Below, piece after piece: positions 17,941 through 28,103 of a stretch of 32,315 bases of DNA; the first letter of the stretch is position 1, and the number at the start of each line of letters is the position of its first letter. Origin of the DNA: Opitutales bacterium (GTDB lineage Bacteria; Verrucomicrobiota; Verrucomicrobiia; Opitutales; T3Sed10-336); contig SLOW01000259.1 in the NCBI GenBank assembly GCA_007132315.1, forward strand, positions 1 to 32,315, given 5' to 3'. The notes under the pieces were generated by a model, which saw only the letters and a list, made by a program, of their open reading frames with translations, ran no database searches and was not told the DNA's origin. A program made the position numbers and the translations under genes.

Positions 17941-18147
17941 ATGAAAATCGAGCCGGAAGAAGACGACGACGAACCCGCCGAGTTCGGGTGGGTCGATGAG
18001 GACGAAAACGAAGTTCCGGAGGATAAGGGCACGACCTTGAGTTCCGTGGGTCCGGTGGCGGCCTGGATCATGGGCGGGCTGGTCGGGCTTTTTGTGCTCT
18101 ACTTGATCATGCGTCTGATGCTCTCTCTCGCCGATTATTTCGGCTGA
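17941..18147 (+). CDS. Small hypothetical membrane protein
   Basis: 68 aa; strongly acidic N-terminal half followed by one hydrophobic helix (VAAWIMGGLVGLFVLYLIMRLML); fills an otherwise empty gap. Confidence 0.6.
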   Translation: MKIEPEEDDDEPAEFGWVDEDENEVPEDKGTTLSSVGPVAAWIMGGLVGLFVLYLIMRLMLSLADYFG

Positions 18148-18307
18148 GAGCGGGGGCGAACCGGCACGTCGATTTCGGCGGGCATGTGAGCACGCAACGG
18201 CGGGATGAGATCGAAGAACACTGGGATCGTCACACCACGCTCCGGTAGAGCGTCCGATCACCACACAAAAGACCGAGCGATTGAGCCGGCTATCTTTGGT
18301 GAAAACG

Positions 18308-18335
18308 AAAAAACCCGCAACGTTCTCGTTGCGGG
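18308..18335 (-). terminator. Intrinsic terminator downstream of hup
   Basis: 9-bp stem cccgcaacg/cgttgcggg with 4-nt loop, followed by T6 on the minus strand, 30 nt after the hup stop. Confidence 0.85.
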
Positions 18336-18365
18336 CTTATTTATTCTAAATCGGATAAAATCGGC

Positions 18366-18641
18366 TCAGGCCATCGCCTTGAGGCCGGTTCCCGGTTTGA
18401 ACTTCACCGTTTTGGAAGCTTTGATCTTGATGGGTTCCTTCGTGCGCGGGTTGATGCCTTTGCGGGCGGCCCGCTTGGCCACACTGAAGGTGCCGAAGCC
18501 GGCCAGCTGAACGGATTTGTCTTTCTTGACGCCTTTCTTGATTCCTTCGAGGACGGCATCGACGGAACGTTCGGCGGCGGCTTTGGATGAGTCCGCGCCA
18601 AGTGACTTCTGTACTGCTTCAACGAGTTCTGATTTGTTCAT
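18366..18641 (-). CDS. hup: DNA-binding protein HU
   Basis: MNKSELV start, GFGTF, RAARKGINPRT, VKFKPG. Confidence 0.96.
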   Translation of the reverse strand: MNKSELVEAVQKSLGADSSKAAAERSVDAVLEGIKKGVKKDKSVQLAGFGTFSVAKRAARKGINPRTKEPIKIKASKTVKFKPGTGLKAMA

Positions 18642-18846
18642 TTGTTCTTGAGTGAGGGTTCTATTAACGCGTTTCGCGTTGTTAACAGGGGCATCGAAGC
18701 GGATTATTCGATGTTTCGTCAACCTAAATCCCGCTATTTAAGCGGAATTCGTTACTTTCCTGAAAGGCTGTCGGCGTCGGGGGAGCGCGGGGGGCGGTTC
18801 GCTGGCGGGCGGTGCCCCGAACGCGTGTTCCCCGGCGGTGTGGAGC

Positions 18847-19920
18847 TTAACCGGCTTCGGCCTTTTCCTGGGCTTGCAGACAGAGCTCTGCGGCCTTGAA
18901 CGCGTGGGTTTGGGTCATGGCGTTTTCGGTGCGGTTCAGGCAATCGAGAACCAGCTGGCCGAAGTACGGGTAACCAACCTTTCCGTTAAGATCCATGTGT
19001 TGCTCGCCGTCCTGGTTCACCAGGTAGAGCTGGTTGCCTTTGCGGCCGGTGGCGATCTCGATGTATTTGCGCAATTCGATGTAGCCGTCGGTTCCGAGTA
19101 TAAACGTGCGGCCGTCGCCCCAGGTGCTCAAGCCTTCGGGCGTGAACCAGTCGACGCGGAAGTAGAAGGAGGCACCGTTGTCGCCGGCGAGCGAGGCCTC
19201 GCCGAAGTCTTCCAGTTCCGGATAGTCCGGGTGGTTGAAGTTGGCGACCCGGGCTGAATTGATCGTGGCGTCGGTCGCTCCCGTGTAGTGCAGAAACTGT
19301 TCGCACTGGTGGCTGCCGATATCGGTCAGGATGCCGCCATACTCCTTTTTGCGATAAAACCAATCCGGGCGTTTGCTCGGGTCGCCCAGGCGGTGCGGAC
19401 CGAAACCGACGACTTGCAGGACGCGGCCGATGGCGCCCTGTTCGATGAGTTCCCCGGCGAAGATGGCGCATTCCACATGCAGCCGTTCGCTGTAGTACAC
19501 GGCGTACTTGCGCCCGGTTTCGGCGACCTTTTTGCGGGCCGCTTCGAGCTGGTCCATCGAGGTGAACGGTGTCTTGTCGGTGAAATAGTCCTTGCCGGAA
19601 TCCATCACGCGGAGGCCGAGCGGGCCGCGTTGATTGGGGATGGCTGCGGCGGCCACGAGTTTGATGGCGGGGTCGTCCAGGATCTGTTCTTCGCTGGAGG
19701 CCACCTGGACCGTGGGGAATTTCTGGCGGAACGCTTCGATCTTCGCCGGATCGGGATCATAGACGTAGCGCAGGTCCGCGCCGGCTTCGATCAGCCCGTT
19801 GCACTGTCCGTGGATATGCCCGTGGTCGAGACCGATCACGGCGATGGGAAACTCGCCTTTTTCGACTACGGGTGCTGGTTTGCCCTGGGGGGCGTAGTTC
19901 ATGCCGTCTTTTGTGCTCAT
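18847..19920 (-). CDS. Gfo/Idh/MocA family oxidoreductase
   Basis: IAVIGLDHGH, GKDYFTDKTP, YYSERL, GGILTDIGSHQ, RVDWFTP. Confidence 0.9.
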   Translation of the reverse strand: MSTKDGMNYAPQGKPAPVVEKGEFPIAVIGLDHGHIHGQCNGLIEAGADLRYVYDPDPAKIEAFRQKFPTVQVASSEEQILDDPAIKLVAAAAIPNQRGPLGLRVMDSGKDYFTDKTPFTSMDQLEAARKKVAETGRKYAVYYSERLHVECAIFAGELIEQGAIGRVLQVVGFGPHRLGDPSKRPDWFYRKKEYGGILTDIGSHQCEQFLHYTGATDATINSARVANFNHPDYPELEDFGEASLAGDNGASFYFRVDWFTPEGLSTWGDGRTFILGTDGYIELRKYIEIATGRKGNQLYLVNQDGEQHMDLNGKVGYPYFGQLVLDCLNRTENAMTQTHAFKAAELCLQAQEKAEAG

Positions 19921-19962
19921 AGTGGTTTTGTTAAAGGGTCGGGGCCGCGGGAAATCCGCGAA

Positions 19963-20737
19963 TCAATTGTCGCAGAGGTGATCGAGGATGTATTCAAAAC
20001 TCTGTCGTGCGGAGTCGAAGGGATCGCCGGGGCAGGTGTCCTGTTCGACCGCGAACCATCGGCAGCCGCTTTCCTCGGCGGCGGCGATGATGGGCCGGAA
20101 ATTGATGTTGCCGTTGCCGATTTCGGCGTAGTCGGGTTTCCGCTCTTCGGTGACGCGGTAGTCCTTGAGGTGAATGATGGGAAGCCGCCCCGCTAGTTTG
20201 CGGCACCAGTCTAGCGGACTGGCTCCTCCGTACTGAACCCAGTACGTGTCGATTTCGCCTTGAAGGTAACGGGAATCGGTTTTTTCGAATATCAGATCGA
20301 ATACGGTGCGGTCGCCGATGCGTCGAAACTCGTGATTGTGGTTGTGGTAGGCGAGTGTCAGTCCGGCTTCGTGCAGGACCCCGGCCAGAACGGTTGAGCT
20401 TTTCGATCAGGGCGTGCACCGCGTCGGCCGATCCGAAGTCGATGCCCTTGGGAGCTGGATACGCGGTGATCTCGCAGCCCAGGGCGCGCAGGCGATCCAC
20501 GACTTTTTCCGGCTCGTCGAGAATGGTGCCGGACGGTTCGTGGGTGGCGCATATGCGGAGGCCTTCGCCGTCGGTGATGGAAACGAGTTCCTTTTCGTCG
20601 ATCGGCCCCATACCGCTTACCTGAATGGCACGGTAGCCGATGGCGGCGACTTTCTTGAGGGAGGCGGCGATATCGGCCGGTGTCTTGAGGGCGTTGCGGA
20701 TGGTGTAGGTCTGAAGCGCGATTTGCTCGATTTTCAT
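19963..20737 (-). pseudogene. Sugar phosphate isomerase/epimerase (xylose isomerase-like TIM barrel), frameshifted by 1 bp
   Basis: N-terminal IALQTYTIR; removing one base from the C4 run at 20379-20382 restores LAYHNHNHEF...EIDTYWV...HLKD...EIGNG...VEQD through to the TGA at 19963-19965; span is 775 nt (3n+1). Confidence 0.85.
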
Positions 20738-20781
20738 AGGTCGTGTCGGTCGGGAGGTCGGGGTGAGAGCGGCTGGCGGGG

Positions 20782-21948
20782 TCAGGTGTTGAAGGAGTTG
20801 GACAAGTCTTCCTCGACCCGGCGGACTTCCTTTTTTTGAAACGTGGAGTTTTCGATGCGCTCGCGCAGGGCTGACTCGTACTCGGCGCCTTCGATGGGCA
20901 GCTCGACGCTAGCGTCGCGGAACGCGGACAGGAGAATGGCGTTGGCCAGTTCCACGGAATGGATTCCCTCGGCGGCCGGGGCGATGAGTTCGGTTCCGTC
21001 GACGATGGCGTCCACGAAATTTTTGAGGATTTCGTTGTGCTGCCCCCCGTGCCCGCGCACGGGGATATTGACATCCCACACCGGCGGCCTGCCGAAACTA
21101 AACTCGGACCGGCGGCTGAATTCCGTCATGGGGGTTTCATTGCGCAGAAAACTGAGCCGGTCCTCTTCGACCACCAATCGGCCGCGCTCGCCCGTGATTT
21201 CCAGGCGGTTGGTGCCGGGTGCTTCGCCCGTGCTGGTGATGAAGATGCCGTTGGCGCCGTCGGCGTATTCCAGGTAGGCGGTGACCTCGTCCTCGACCTC
21301 GATGTCGTGGTGGCGGCCGAAGCCGCAGAAGGCGCGGACTTTTTGCGGCATCCCGAACATCCATTGGAACAGGTCGAGCTGGTGGGGGCATTGATTGAGC
21401 AGGACGCCGCCGCCCTCGCCCTTCCAGGTCGCCCGCCACCCGCCCGAAGCGTAGTACATTTCCGTGCGGAACCATTTTGTGATGATCCAGTTTACCCGGC
21501 GGATCGCGCCGAGTTCACCGTCCCGGATCAGCTGGCGCACCTTGCGGTAGTGGGGGTCGGTCCGCTGGTTGAACATCGCGGCGAAAACCTGCTTTGGGCC
21601 GCCGCGGTGGGCGGCGATCAACCGTTCGCAATCAGCCTTGTGCACGGAGATCGGTTTCTCGACCAGCACGTGCAGACCCGCTTCCAGGGCTTCGATGCCC
21701 AGGGTGGTGTGTGAGTAGTGGGGGGTGGCGATCAACACGGCATCGATTTCTCCCGACCGCAGCATTTCCGAGGGATCGGAAAACGCTTTCGCCTCCGGAA
21801 CCCGGTCGCGGTTGCTCTCGACCGCGTCACAAATCGCCGTGAGCCGACAGCGTGGGATTTTTCCGTCCAGTACATTGCGCGCATGGGTGGAGCCCATGTT
21901 GCCGATACCGATGATGCCCAAGCGGACGTCTGAATTGGAATTTGCCAT
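20782..21948 (-). CDS. Gfo/Idh/MocA family oxidoreductase
   Basis: LGIIGIGNMG, IATPHYSH, HVLVEKP, MFNQR, WRATWKGEGGGVLLNQCPH. Confidence 0.93.
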   Translation of the reverse strand: MANSNSDVRLGIIGIGNMGSTHARNVLDGKIPRCRLTAICDAVESNRDRVPEAKAFSDPSEMLRSGEIDAVLIATPHYSHTTLGIEALEAGLHVLVEKPISVHKADCERLIAAHRGGPKQVFAAMFNQRTDPHYRKVRQLIRDGELGAIRRVNWIITKWFRTEMYYASGGWRATWKGEGGGVLLNQCPHQLDLFQWMFGMPQKVRAFCGFGRHHDIEVEDEVTAYLEYADGANGIFITSTGEAPGTNRLEITGERGRLVVEEDRLSFLRNETPMTEFSRRSEFSFGRPPVWDVNIPVRGHGGQHNEILKNFVDAIVDGTELIAPAAEGIHSVELANAILLSAFRDASVELPIEGAEYESALRERIENSTFQKKEVRRVEEDLSNSFNT

Positions 21949-22141
21949 GGGTACGATTCAACCGCCCCGACGGGAAATGTCTATGGGAAAACGTCTTGAA
22001 AGCAGGGAAATTCGTGGCGCGCACCGGTAAGGTGGAGCTGGCCGCGTTGGCGCTTGCACGGAGGAACCCGCCCGATGCCAAGATACCAAATGAACGAATG
22101 GGGTTGGATTGCGGCTTGATTGTATTATTGAATGTTCCGTT

Positions 22142-23062
22142 ATGAAACCGGTCCTCTACTTGTTGAGCGGCTGTACCGCAGCCGGAAAGACGGCGCTGGC
22201 CCTGGATTGGGCCGAGCGGAACGGGGCCGAGATCGTGTCGTGCGACGCAATGCTGTTTTACCGGGGGATGGATATCGGAACGGCGAAGCCCTCTGAGGCA
22301 GAGCGTCGTCGGATTCCGCACCACCTGATCGATGTCGCCCCGGTGGATCGCGCGTTCGACGTCGGGCGCTACGCGCACGAGGCGGTTCGGGTGGTCGCAT
22401 CCATCCTGGAACTGGGGAGACGGCCGTTGATTGTCGGCGGCAGCGGATTTTACCTGATGAGCTTTCTGCGTCCGGTGGTGGACGAGGTGACGGTGGATGC
22501 GTCCGCACGAACGCGAGCCGAGGAGATACGGCGGCGGGCGGGGACGGCCGGCCAGCTGGCGGAATTGCGCCGGCTCAATCCGGACGGGCTGGATGGGCTG
22601 GACCCGGTCAATCCCCGGCGCGTGAGCCGCGCCCTGGAGCGTTGCCTGGCGTCGGGGAAGACCCTGCGGGAGCAGCGCGAGGCGTTCCGGAGGTTGCCGC
22701 TGCCTTTCGCCGGGTACGACAAGCGAATTTCTCTGATCGACCGGGACGACGAGGAGTTGAGGAAGCGGGTGCGCGAACGGGCCTTCCGGATGGTCGAGAC
22801 GGGCTTGATCGAGGAGGTCCGCCGTCTGCTCGATCGCGGCATCGGGAACAACCCCGCGGCCGCCCGGGCCATCGGCTACCGGGAAACCATCGCCTGGCTG
22901 CGCGGCTCAGAAGCGGGTGGGCGAAATGAGCTGGCGGAGCGGATCGCGGCCAACACGTGGAAGCTGGTCAAGAAGCAACGCACCTGGTTTCGCAACCAAC
23001 TGCCCGACGCCCGGCGTGTGCCGCTTTCCGGCGACGCGCCCCCGCCGGACCCGTTCACTTGA
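22142..23062 (+). CDS. miaA: tRNA dimethylallyltransferase
   Basis: GCTAAGKT P-loop, YRGMDIGTAKP, PHHLID, VGGSGFY, RRVSRALE, AIGYRE, KKQRTWFR. Confidence 0.96.
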   Translation: MKPVLYLLSGCTAAGKTALALDWAERNGAEIVSCDAMLFYRGMDIGTAKPSEAERRRIPHHLIDVAPVDRAFDVGRYAHEAVRVVASILELGRRPLIVGGSGFYLMSFLRPVVDEVTVDASARTRAEEIRRRAGTAGQLAELRRLNPDGLDGLDPVNPRRVSRALERCLASGKTLREQREAFRRLPLPFAGYDKRISLIDRDDEELRKRVRERAFRMVETGLIEEVRRLLDRGIGNNPAAARAIGYRETIAWLRGSEAGGRNELAERIAANTWKLVKKQRTWFRNQLPDARRVPLSGDAPPPDPFT

Positions 23063-23255
23063 GGAAGTATTGATGACTTTTTTCGATCCGGGCTTGCGTC
23101 CGGCCCCGGCGGCGGTCACCTTTATCCGTTTCACGCACCGCGTCGGAATTCCGGACGGGAAATGCGCGGACCCTTTGCGAAGCCGGTTGACGGGTCGCAG
23201 GCTCCGCGCAAAACGCTTCCCGTTTGAAAAACTGTCAAATTCCGCAAAAAATGAC

Positions 23256-23284
23256 TTGCCCGTCGTTGGACGGCTCCTCATTTT
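23256..23284 (+). promoter_or_regulatory. Candidate promoter of the str/S10 ribosomal operon
   Basis: TTGCCC-N17-CATTTT preceded by A-tracts (UP-element-like), 38 nt upstream of rpsL. Confidence 0.35.
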
Positions 23285-23322
23285 GGTCTCTTTTCACCGA
23301 TTAACCGTAACACGATTCTGGC

Positions 23323-23700
<378 letters not shown>

Positions 23701-23706
23701 ACGATC

Positions 23707-24180
23707 ATGTCACGTCGTCGCAGAGCCGGTCGCAGGCCGATCATTCCCGATTCCCGTTACAACAGCACGTTGGTGACGCAGCTCATCAACATGATCATGG
23801 TTGACGGGAAGAAATCCACAGCCCAGCGCATTGTCTATGGTGCGTTCGAGCGGGTGAGTGAGAAACTCGCCAAGGGAGATCCGGTCGATCTCATGCTGGG
23901 CGCCATGGAAAACATCCGCCCCCGCCTCGAGGTCAAGAGCCGCCGTGTCGGCGGCGCGACCTATCAGGTTCCGGTGGAAGTTCCTTTTGAGCGGCAGCAG
24001 AGCGTCGCCTTCCGGTGGATCATCGCGTCCGCTCGCGGTCGCAAGGGTTTGCCCATGCGCGAAGCGCTGGCGGACGAGATTGTCGATGCTTACAATAACA
24101 CCGGCGCCGTCGTCAAGAAGCGGGAGGACACCCATCGCATGGCGCAGGCCAACCGCGCGTTCGCGCATTTACGCTGGTAG
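23707..24180 (+). CDS. rpsG: 30S ribosomal protein S7
   Basis: [30 protein letters not shown]. Confidence 0.99.
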   Translation: MSRRRRAGRRPIIPDSRYNSTLVTQLINMIMVDGKKSTAQRIVYGAFERVSEKLAKGDPVDLMLGAMENIRPRLEVKSRRVGGATYQVPVEVPFERQQSVAFRWIIASARGRKGLPMREALADEIVDAYNNTGAVVKKREDTHRMAQANRAFAHLRW

Positions 24181-24187
24181 TCAGATT

Positions 24188-26353
24188 ATGCCGAGTTCCG
24201 TCAAACAACACGAGATTTCCGCGGCCAACTGCAAGGCGCGTACCTACCCGATGGAGTTTACCCGCAACATCGGGATTGCGGCGCACATCGACGCGGGAAA
24301 AACCACGACCACCGAGCGTATCCTCTACTATACCGGGGTGGTACACAAGATCGGTGAGGTGCACGATGGCAACGCCGTGACCGACTGGATGGAGCAGGAG
24401 CGGGAACGCGGTATCACCATCACTTCGGCCGCGATTTCGTGTAGTTGGACCAACGCCACCGGTCCCTATGCCGACATCAAACACCAGATCAACATCATCG
24501 ATACGCCGGGACACGTCGATTTCACCGCCGAGGTGGAGCGTTCCCTGCGGGTGCTCGATGGAGCCGTTGCGGTGTTCTGCGCCGTGGCTGGCGTTCAGCC
24601 CCAGTCGGAAACCGTATGGCGGCAGGCGGACAAATACCGGGTTCCCCGCATTGCGCTCGTCAACAAGATGGACCGTGTCGGCGCCGACTTCCTCGGTGCC
24701 GTCAACGATATGCGGGAGAAACTCGGAGCCAACGCCCATCCGCTCTATCTCCCGATCGGCGCGGAAGAGAATTTCAAAGGCCTCGTCGACCTCGTCACCA
24801 TGCAGGCCTACTACTACGACGAGAGTGATCCGCTCGGCGTCAAGTACGACATTAAGGAGATCCCCGACGACCTGAAGGACCAGGCGCGCAAGTACCGCGA
24901 GGCGCTGATCGAAGCGATTTCCGATTACGACGACGTCATTGCCGAAAAGTACTTGGATGGCGCCGAATTCACGGAAGACGAACTCAAGACCGCGATCCGC
25001 AAAGCGACGATTTCGCTCGATTTTGTGGGGGTGATTCCCGGATCCGCCTTCAAAAACAAGGGCGTGCAGCGGGTTCTGGACGCCGTCGTCAATTACCTGC
25101 CCTCGCCGGTCGATATGCCGCCGGTGGAAGGCACCGATTCGGAAGATGAAACGGTCTCCATCCGTCCGGAGGATTCCGGCAAGACCGCCCTTCTCGCGTT
25201 CAAACTGGCGAGCGATCCGTACGTCGGCAAACTGGTTTTTGTGCGCGTGTACAGCGGAACCCTCAAGAAGGGCGACGAAGTGTACAACCCGCGCACCCGA
25301 AGAAAGGAGCGGGTCAGCCGCTTGATGCTGATGAAGTCGAACGCCCGCGAGGACGTCGATGTGGTGTACGCCGGGGATATCTGTGCCGTGATCGGGATCA
25401 AGGATGTCTCCACCGGGGACACCCTGGCTTCCCAGGGGCTCGACATTCGCCTGGAGCCGCCCTCTTTCCCGCAACCGGTCATTTCAATGTCCATCGAGCC
25501 GAAAACCAAGGCCGACCAGGAAAAGATGTCGAACGGCTTGCAGCGTCTGGCCGAGGAGGACCCGACGTTTGTGGTCAGCTCGAACGAGGAAACCGGTCAG
25601 ACCATTATCGCCGGGATGGGCGAGCTTCACCTCGAAATCATCCGCGACCGCCTGTTCCGCGAATTCAAGGTGGAAGCCGATGCGGGCAAACCGCAGATCG
25701 CCTACCGCGAAACCATTACCGGCAAGGCCGATGCCGAAGGCAAGTTCATCCGTCAGTCCGGCGGCCGCGGGCAATACGGTCACTGTGTGATCCGGGTGGA
25801 GCCCAACGAGTCCGGCAAGGGCCCCGAAATTCTCAACAAGATCGTCGGCGGCGTGATCCCGAAGGAGTTCATCAAGCCCACCATGGAAGGAATCACCGAA
25901 GCCTCCCACAACGGGGTGGTCGCGGGTTATCCGGTCATCGACTACAAGGTCGAGATCTACGACGGCAGTTTCCACGAGGTCGATTCTTCGGAAATGGCCT
26001 TCAAGATGGCCGGCATCTTCGCCTTCCGTGAAGCGATGAAAAAGGCCGGCCCGATCCTCCTCGAACCGATCATGAAAGTCGAGGTCACCACGCCCGAGGA
26101 ATACCAGGGCGACATTATGGGCGACCTGAACCGCCGCCGCGGCCGGATTCAGGAAATGGGCAGCAAAGGCAACGTGTGCATCATCAACGCCCAGGTTCCG
26201 CTGGAGACCATGTTCGGTTACGCCACAGACGTCCGGTCGCTCAGCAAGGGCCGGGCCAGCTATTCCATGGAACCCTCCCATTTTGAACAGGTTCCCGCGA
26301 GCCTTCTGGCGAACATCGTGGAAACCTCCTCTCGCGCTCCCGCGAGAACGTAA
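24188..26353 (+). CDS. fusA: Elongation factor G
   Basis: [57 protein letters not shown]. Confidence 0.99.
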   Translation: MPSSVKQHEISAANCKARTYPMEFTRNIGIAAHIDAGKTTTTERILYYTGVVHKIGEVHDGNAVTDWMEQERERGITITSAAISCSWTNATGPYADIKHQINIIDTPGHVDFTAEVERSLRVLDGAVAVFCAVAGVQPQSETVWRQADKYRVPRIALVNKMDRVGADFLGAVNDMREKLGANAHPLYLPIGAEENFKGLVDLVTMQAYYYDESDPLGVKYDIKEIPDDLKDQARKYREALIEAISDYDDVIAEKYLDGAEFTEDELKTAIRKATISLDFVGVIPGSAFKNKGVQRVLDAVVNYLPSPVDMPPVEGTDSEDETVSIRPEDSGKTALLAFKLASDPYVGKLVFVRVYSGTLKKGDEVYNPRTRRKERVSRLMLMKSNAREDVDVVYAGDICAVIGIKDVSTGDTLASQGLDIRLEPPSFPQPVISMSIEPKTKADQEKMSNGLQRLAEEDPTFVVSSNEETGQTIIAGMGELHLEIIRDRLFREFKVEADAGKPQIAYRETITGKADAEGKFIRQSGGRGQYGHCVIRVEPNESGKGPEILNKIVGGVIPKEFIKPTMEGITEASHNGVVAGYPVIDYKVEIYDGSFHEVDSSEMAFKMAGIFAFREAMKKAGPILLEPIMKVEVTTPEEYQGDIMGDLNRRRGRIQEMGSKGNVCIINAQVPLETMFGYATDVRSLSKGRASYSMEPSHFEQVPASLLANIVETSSRAPART

Positions 26354-26363
26354 CAGGTGTGTC

Positions 26364-26672
26364 ATGAGCGATCAAAAGATACGAATTAAACTCAGAGGTT
26401 ACGATTACCGGGTCATCGACCAGTCCGCTTCGGATATTGTCGAAACCGCGAAGCGTTCCGGCGCGCGGGTCTCCGGCCCGGTTCCGTTGCCGATCCGGAT
26501 CGTGAAGTACACGGTCAATCGCTCCCCGCACGTGGACAAGAAATCGATGGACCAATTCGAAATGCGCACCCACAAGCGCCTGATCGATATCCTCGATCCC
26601 ACCGCACAGACGGTCGATGAGCTCAAGAAGCTCAACCTGCCGGCCGGGGTGGACATCACCATCAACGTCTGA
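26364..26672 (+). CDS. rpsJ: 30S ribosomal protein S10
   Basis: [33 protein letters not shown]. Confidence 0.99.
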   Translation: MSDQKIRIKLRGYDYRVIDQSASDIVETAKRSGARVSGPVPLPIRIVKYTVNRSPHVDKKSMDQFEMRTHKRLIDILDPTAQTVDELKKLNLPAGVDITINV

Positions 26673-26738
26673 GCGCCAACCGTTGTTTGGAGTCCGGAAT
26701 TTAAGCAATACACGAGAGTATAGAACAATACATACAGC

Positions 26739-26800
26739 GACTAACGTAGGTTGTTAAAAGTATAAACGGGAGCCTCGCTCCCACCTACCGCTTAGCAGTC
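26739..26800 (+). promoter_or_regulatory. Candidate structured RNA leader upstream of rplC
   Basis: gtaggt (26746-51)/acctac (26783-88) encloses the hairpin gggagc-ctc-gctccc (26768-82); outer gact/agtc pairing reaches the ATG. Confidence 0.4.
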
Positions 26801-27448
26801 ATGAAATTAGCACTATTGGGTAAGAAACTGGGTATGACCCAGATCTACGACAGTGACAACCAGCTGGTTCCGGTCACTGTGATCCAGGCCGGACCATGTC
26901 CGGTTGTCCAGGTAAAGAATCCGGAGCGGGACGGTTACCACGCAATCCAGATCGGGTTTTCGCCGCAAAAGGAATCACGCCTGACCAAGGGCAAACTCGG
27001 CCACATTCGCAAGGTCGGCGTCGACCCGGTTTCACGTCTGCAGGAAATCCGGCTCGGAGAAGCTCCGGAGCAGAAGGAAGGGGACGTCCTCAACGTCTCC
27101 CTGTTCAGTGAGGGTGAATTGATCGACGTGGTGGGCACCACCAAGGGCAAGGGATTCCAGGGGGTGATGAAGCGGTTCCGGACACGGGGCGGTCCGGCCA
27201 GCCACGGTTCGATGACCCACCGGCGGATCGGTTCGATCGGTCTCTGTCAGACACCGGGACATGTCTTTAAGAATCAGAAGATGCCCGGACACATGGGGGC
27301 GGTGCGCCGCACCGTGCAAAATCTCAAAGTGTTGAAAATCGATGCCGAGAAGAACCTTCTGCTGATCCGCGGCAACGTTCCGGGAGCCAACGGCGACACC
27401 GTTCTGGTGCGCGCGGCCAAGAAAACCCGCAAGGCCCAGGCCGCATAA
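26801..27448 (+). CDS. rplC: 50S ribosomal protein L3
   Basis: GKKLGMTQ, PVTVI, KGKGFQG, SHGS, MPGHMG. Confidence 0.99.
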   Translation: MKLALLGKKLGMTQIYDSDNQLVPVTVIQAGPCPVVQVKNPERDGYHAIQIGFSPQKESRLTKGKLGHIRKVGVDPVSRLQEIRLGEAPEQKEGDVLNVSLFSEGELIDVVGTTKGKGFQGVMKRFRTRGGPASHGSMTHRRIGSIGLCQTPGHVFKNQKMPGHMGAVRRTVQNLKVLKIDAEKNLLLIRGNVPGANGDTVLVRAAKKTRKAQAA

Positions 27449-27464
27449 CCGAGAGAGTTGATCG

Positions 27465-28103
27465 ATGAAGTTAAAGGTTTACACAGCGGATGGCTCGTCG
27501 AGCCAGGAGAAAGATTTCCCCGGAATTCCCTCGTTTGAGGGAGGAACGGGACAACAGGCGGTCAAGGACGTGGTCACCGCGATGCGGGCGAATGCCCGCC
27601 AGGGCGATGCCAACACCAAGACCCGCGGCGAAGTCAGCGGGGGCGGCAAAAAGCCCTGGCGCCAAAAGGGGACAGGCAACGCCCGGGCCGGGAGCCGGCG
27701 ATCGCCCATTTGGGTTGGCGGCGGCACGGTCTTCGGACCCCGGACCCGCGATTACTCCAAGAAGGTGAATCGCAGGGTCAAGAGCCTCGCCCTGCGGCGC
27801 GCGTTTTACGATCTGGCCAGCGGAGGCGGCCTCCACGTGATCGAAGAGTTTCGGGTGTCTCCCGCGAAGACGAAGGTTCTGGCCGGGACGCTGGACCGCA
27901 TCGTACCAAAGGGACGTTTGCTGCTGGTGGACGATTCGTTCACCGACGAGACCGTCATGGGCGGGCGCAACATCGCCCGGGCTCAGTTTCAGGAAGCCGA
28001 CACGCTGAACACCTACGATCTCGCCCTCTACCAGAACATCCTGATTTCCGAAAAAGCTCTGGAGCGTCTCCTGAAGCGAATCAACGGAGGAAACGAATCA
28101 TGA
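27465..28103 (+). CDS. rplD: 50S ribosomal protein L4
   Basis: TKTRGEVSGGGKKPWRQKGTGNARAGS, GGGTVFGP. Confidence 0.99.
   Translation: MKLKVYTADGSSSQEKDFPGIPSFEGGTGQQAVKDVVTAMRANARQGDANTKTRGEVSGGGKKPWRQKGTGNARAGSRRSPIWVGGGTVFGPRTRDYSKKVNRRVKSLALRRAFYDLASGGGLHVIEEFRVSPAKTKVLAGTLDRIVPKGRLLLVDDSFTDETVMGGRNIARAQFQEADTLNTYDLALYQNILISEKALERLLKRINGGNES

Noticed and set aside
19994-20737. 247-aa ORF taken as an intact gene
   Set aside because: The C-terminal half is out-of-frame Arg/Pro-rich sequence; the real domain continues in another frame to 19963
21972-22010. Three gggaaa hexamers upstream of the Gfo/TIM/Gfo trio
   Set aside because: Short and irregularly spaced; cannot be distinguished from chance
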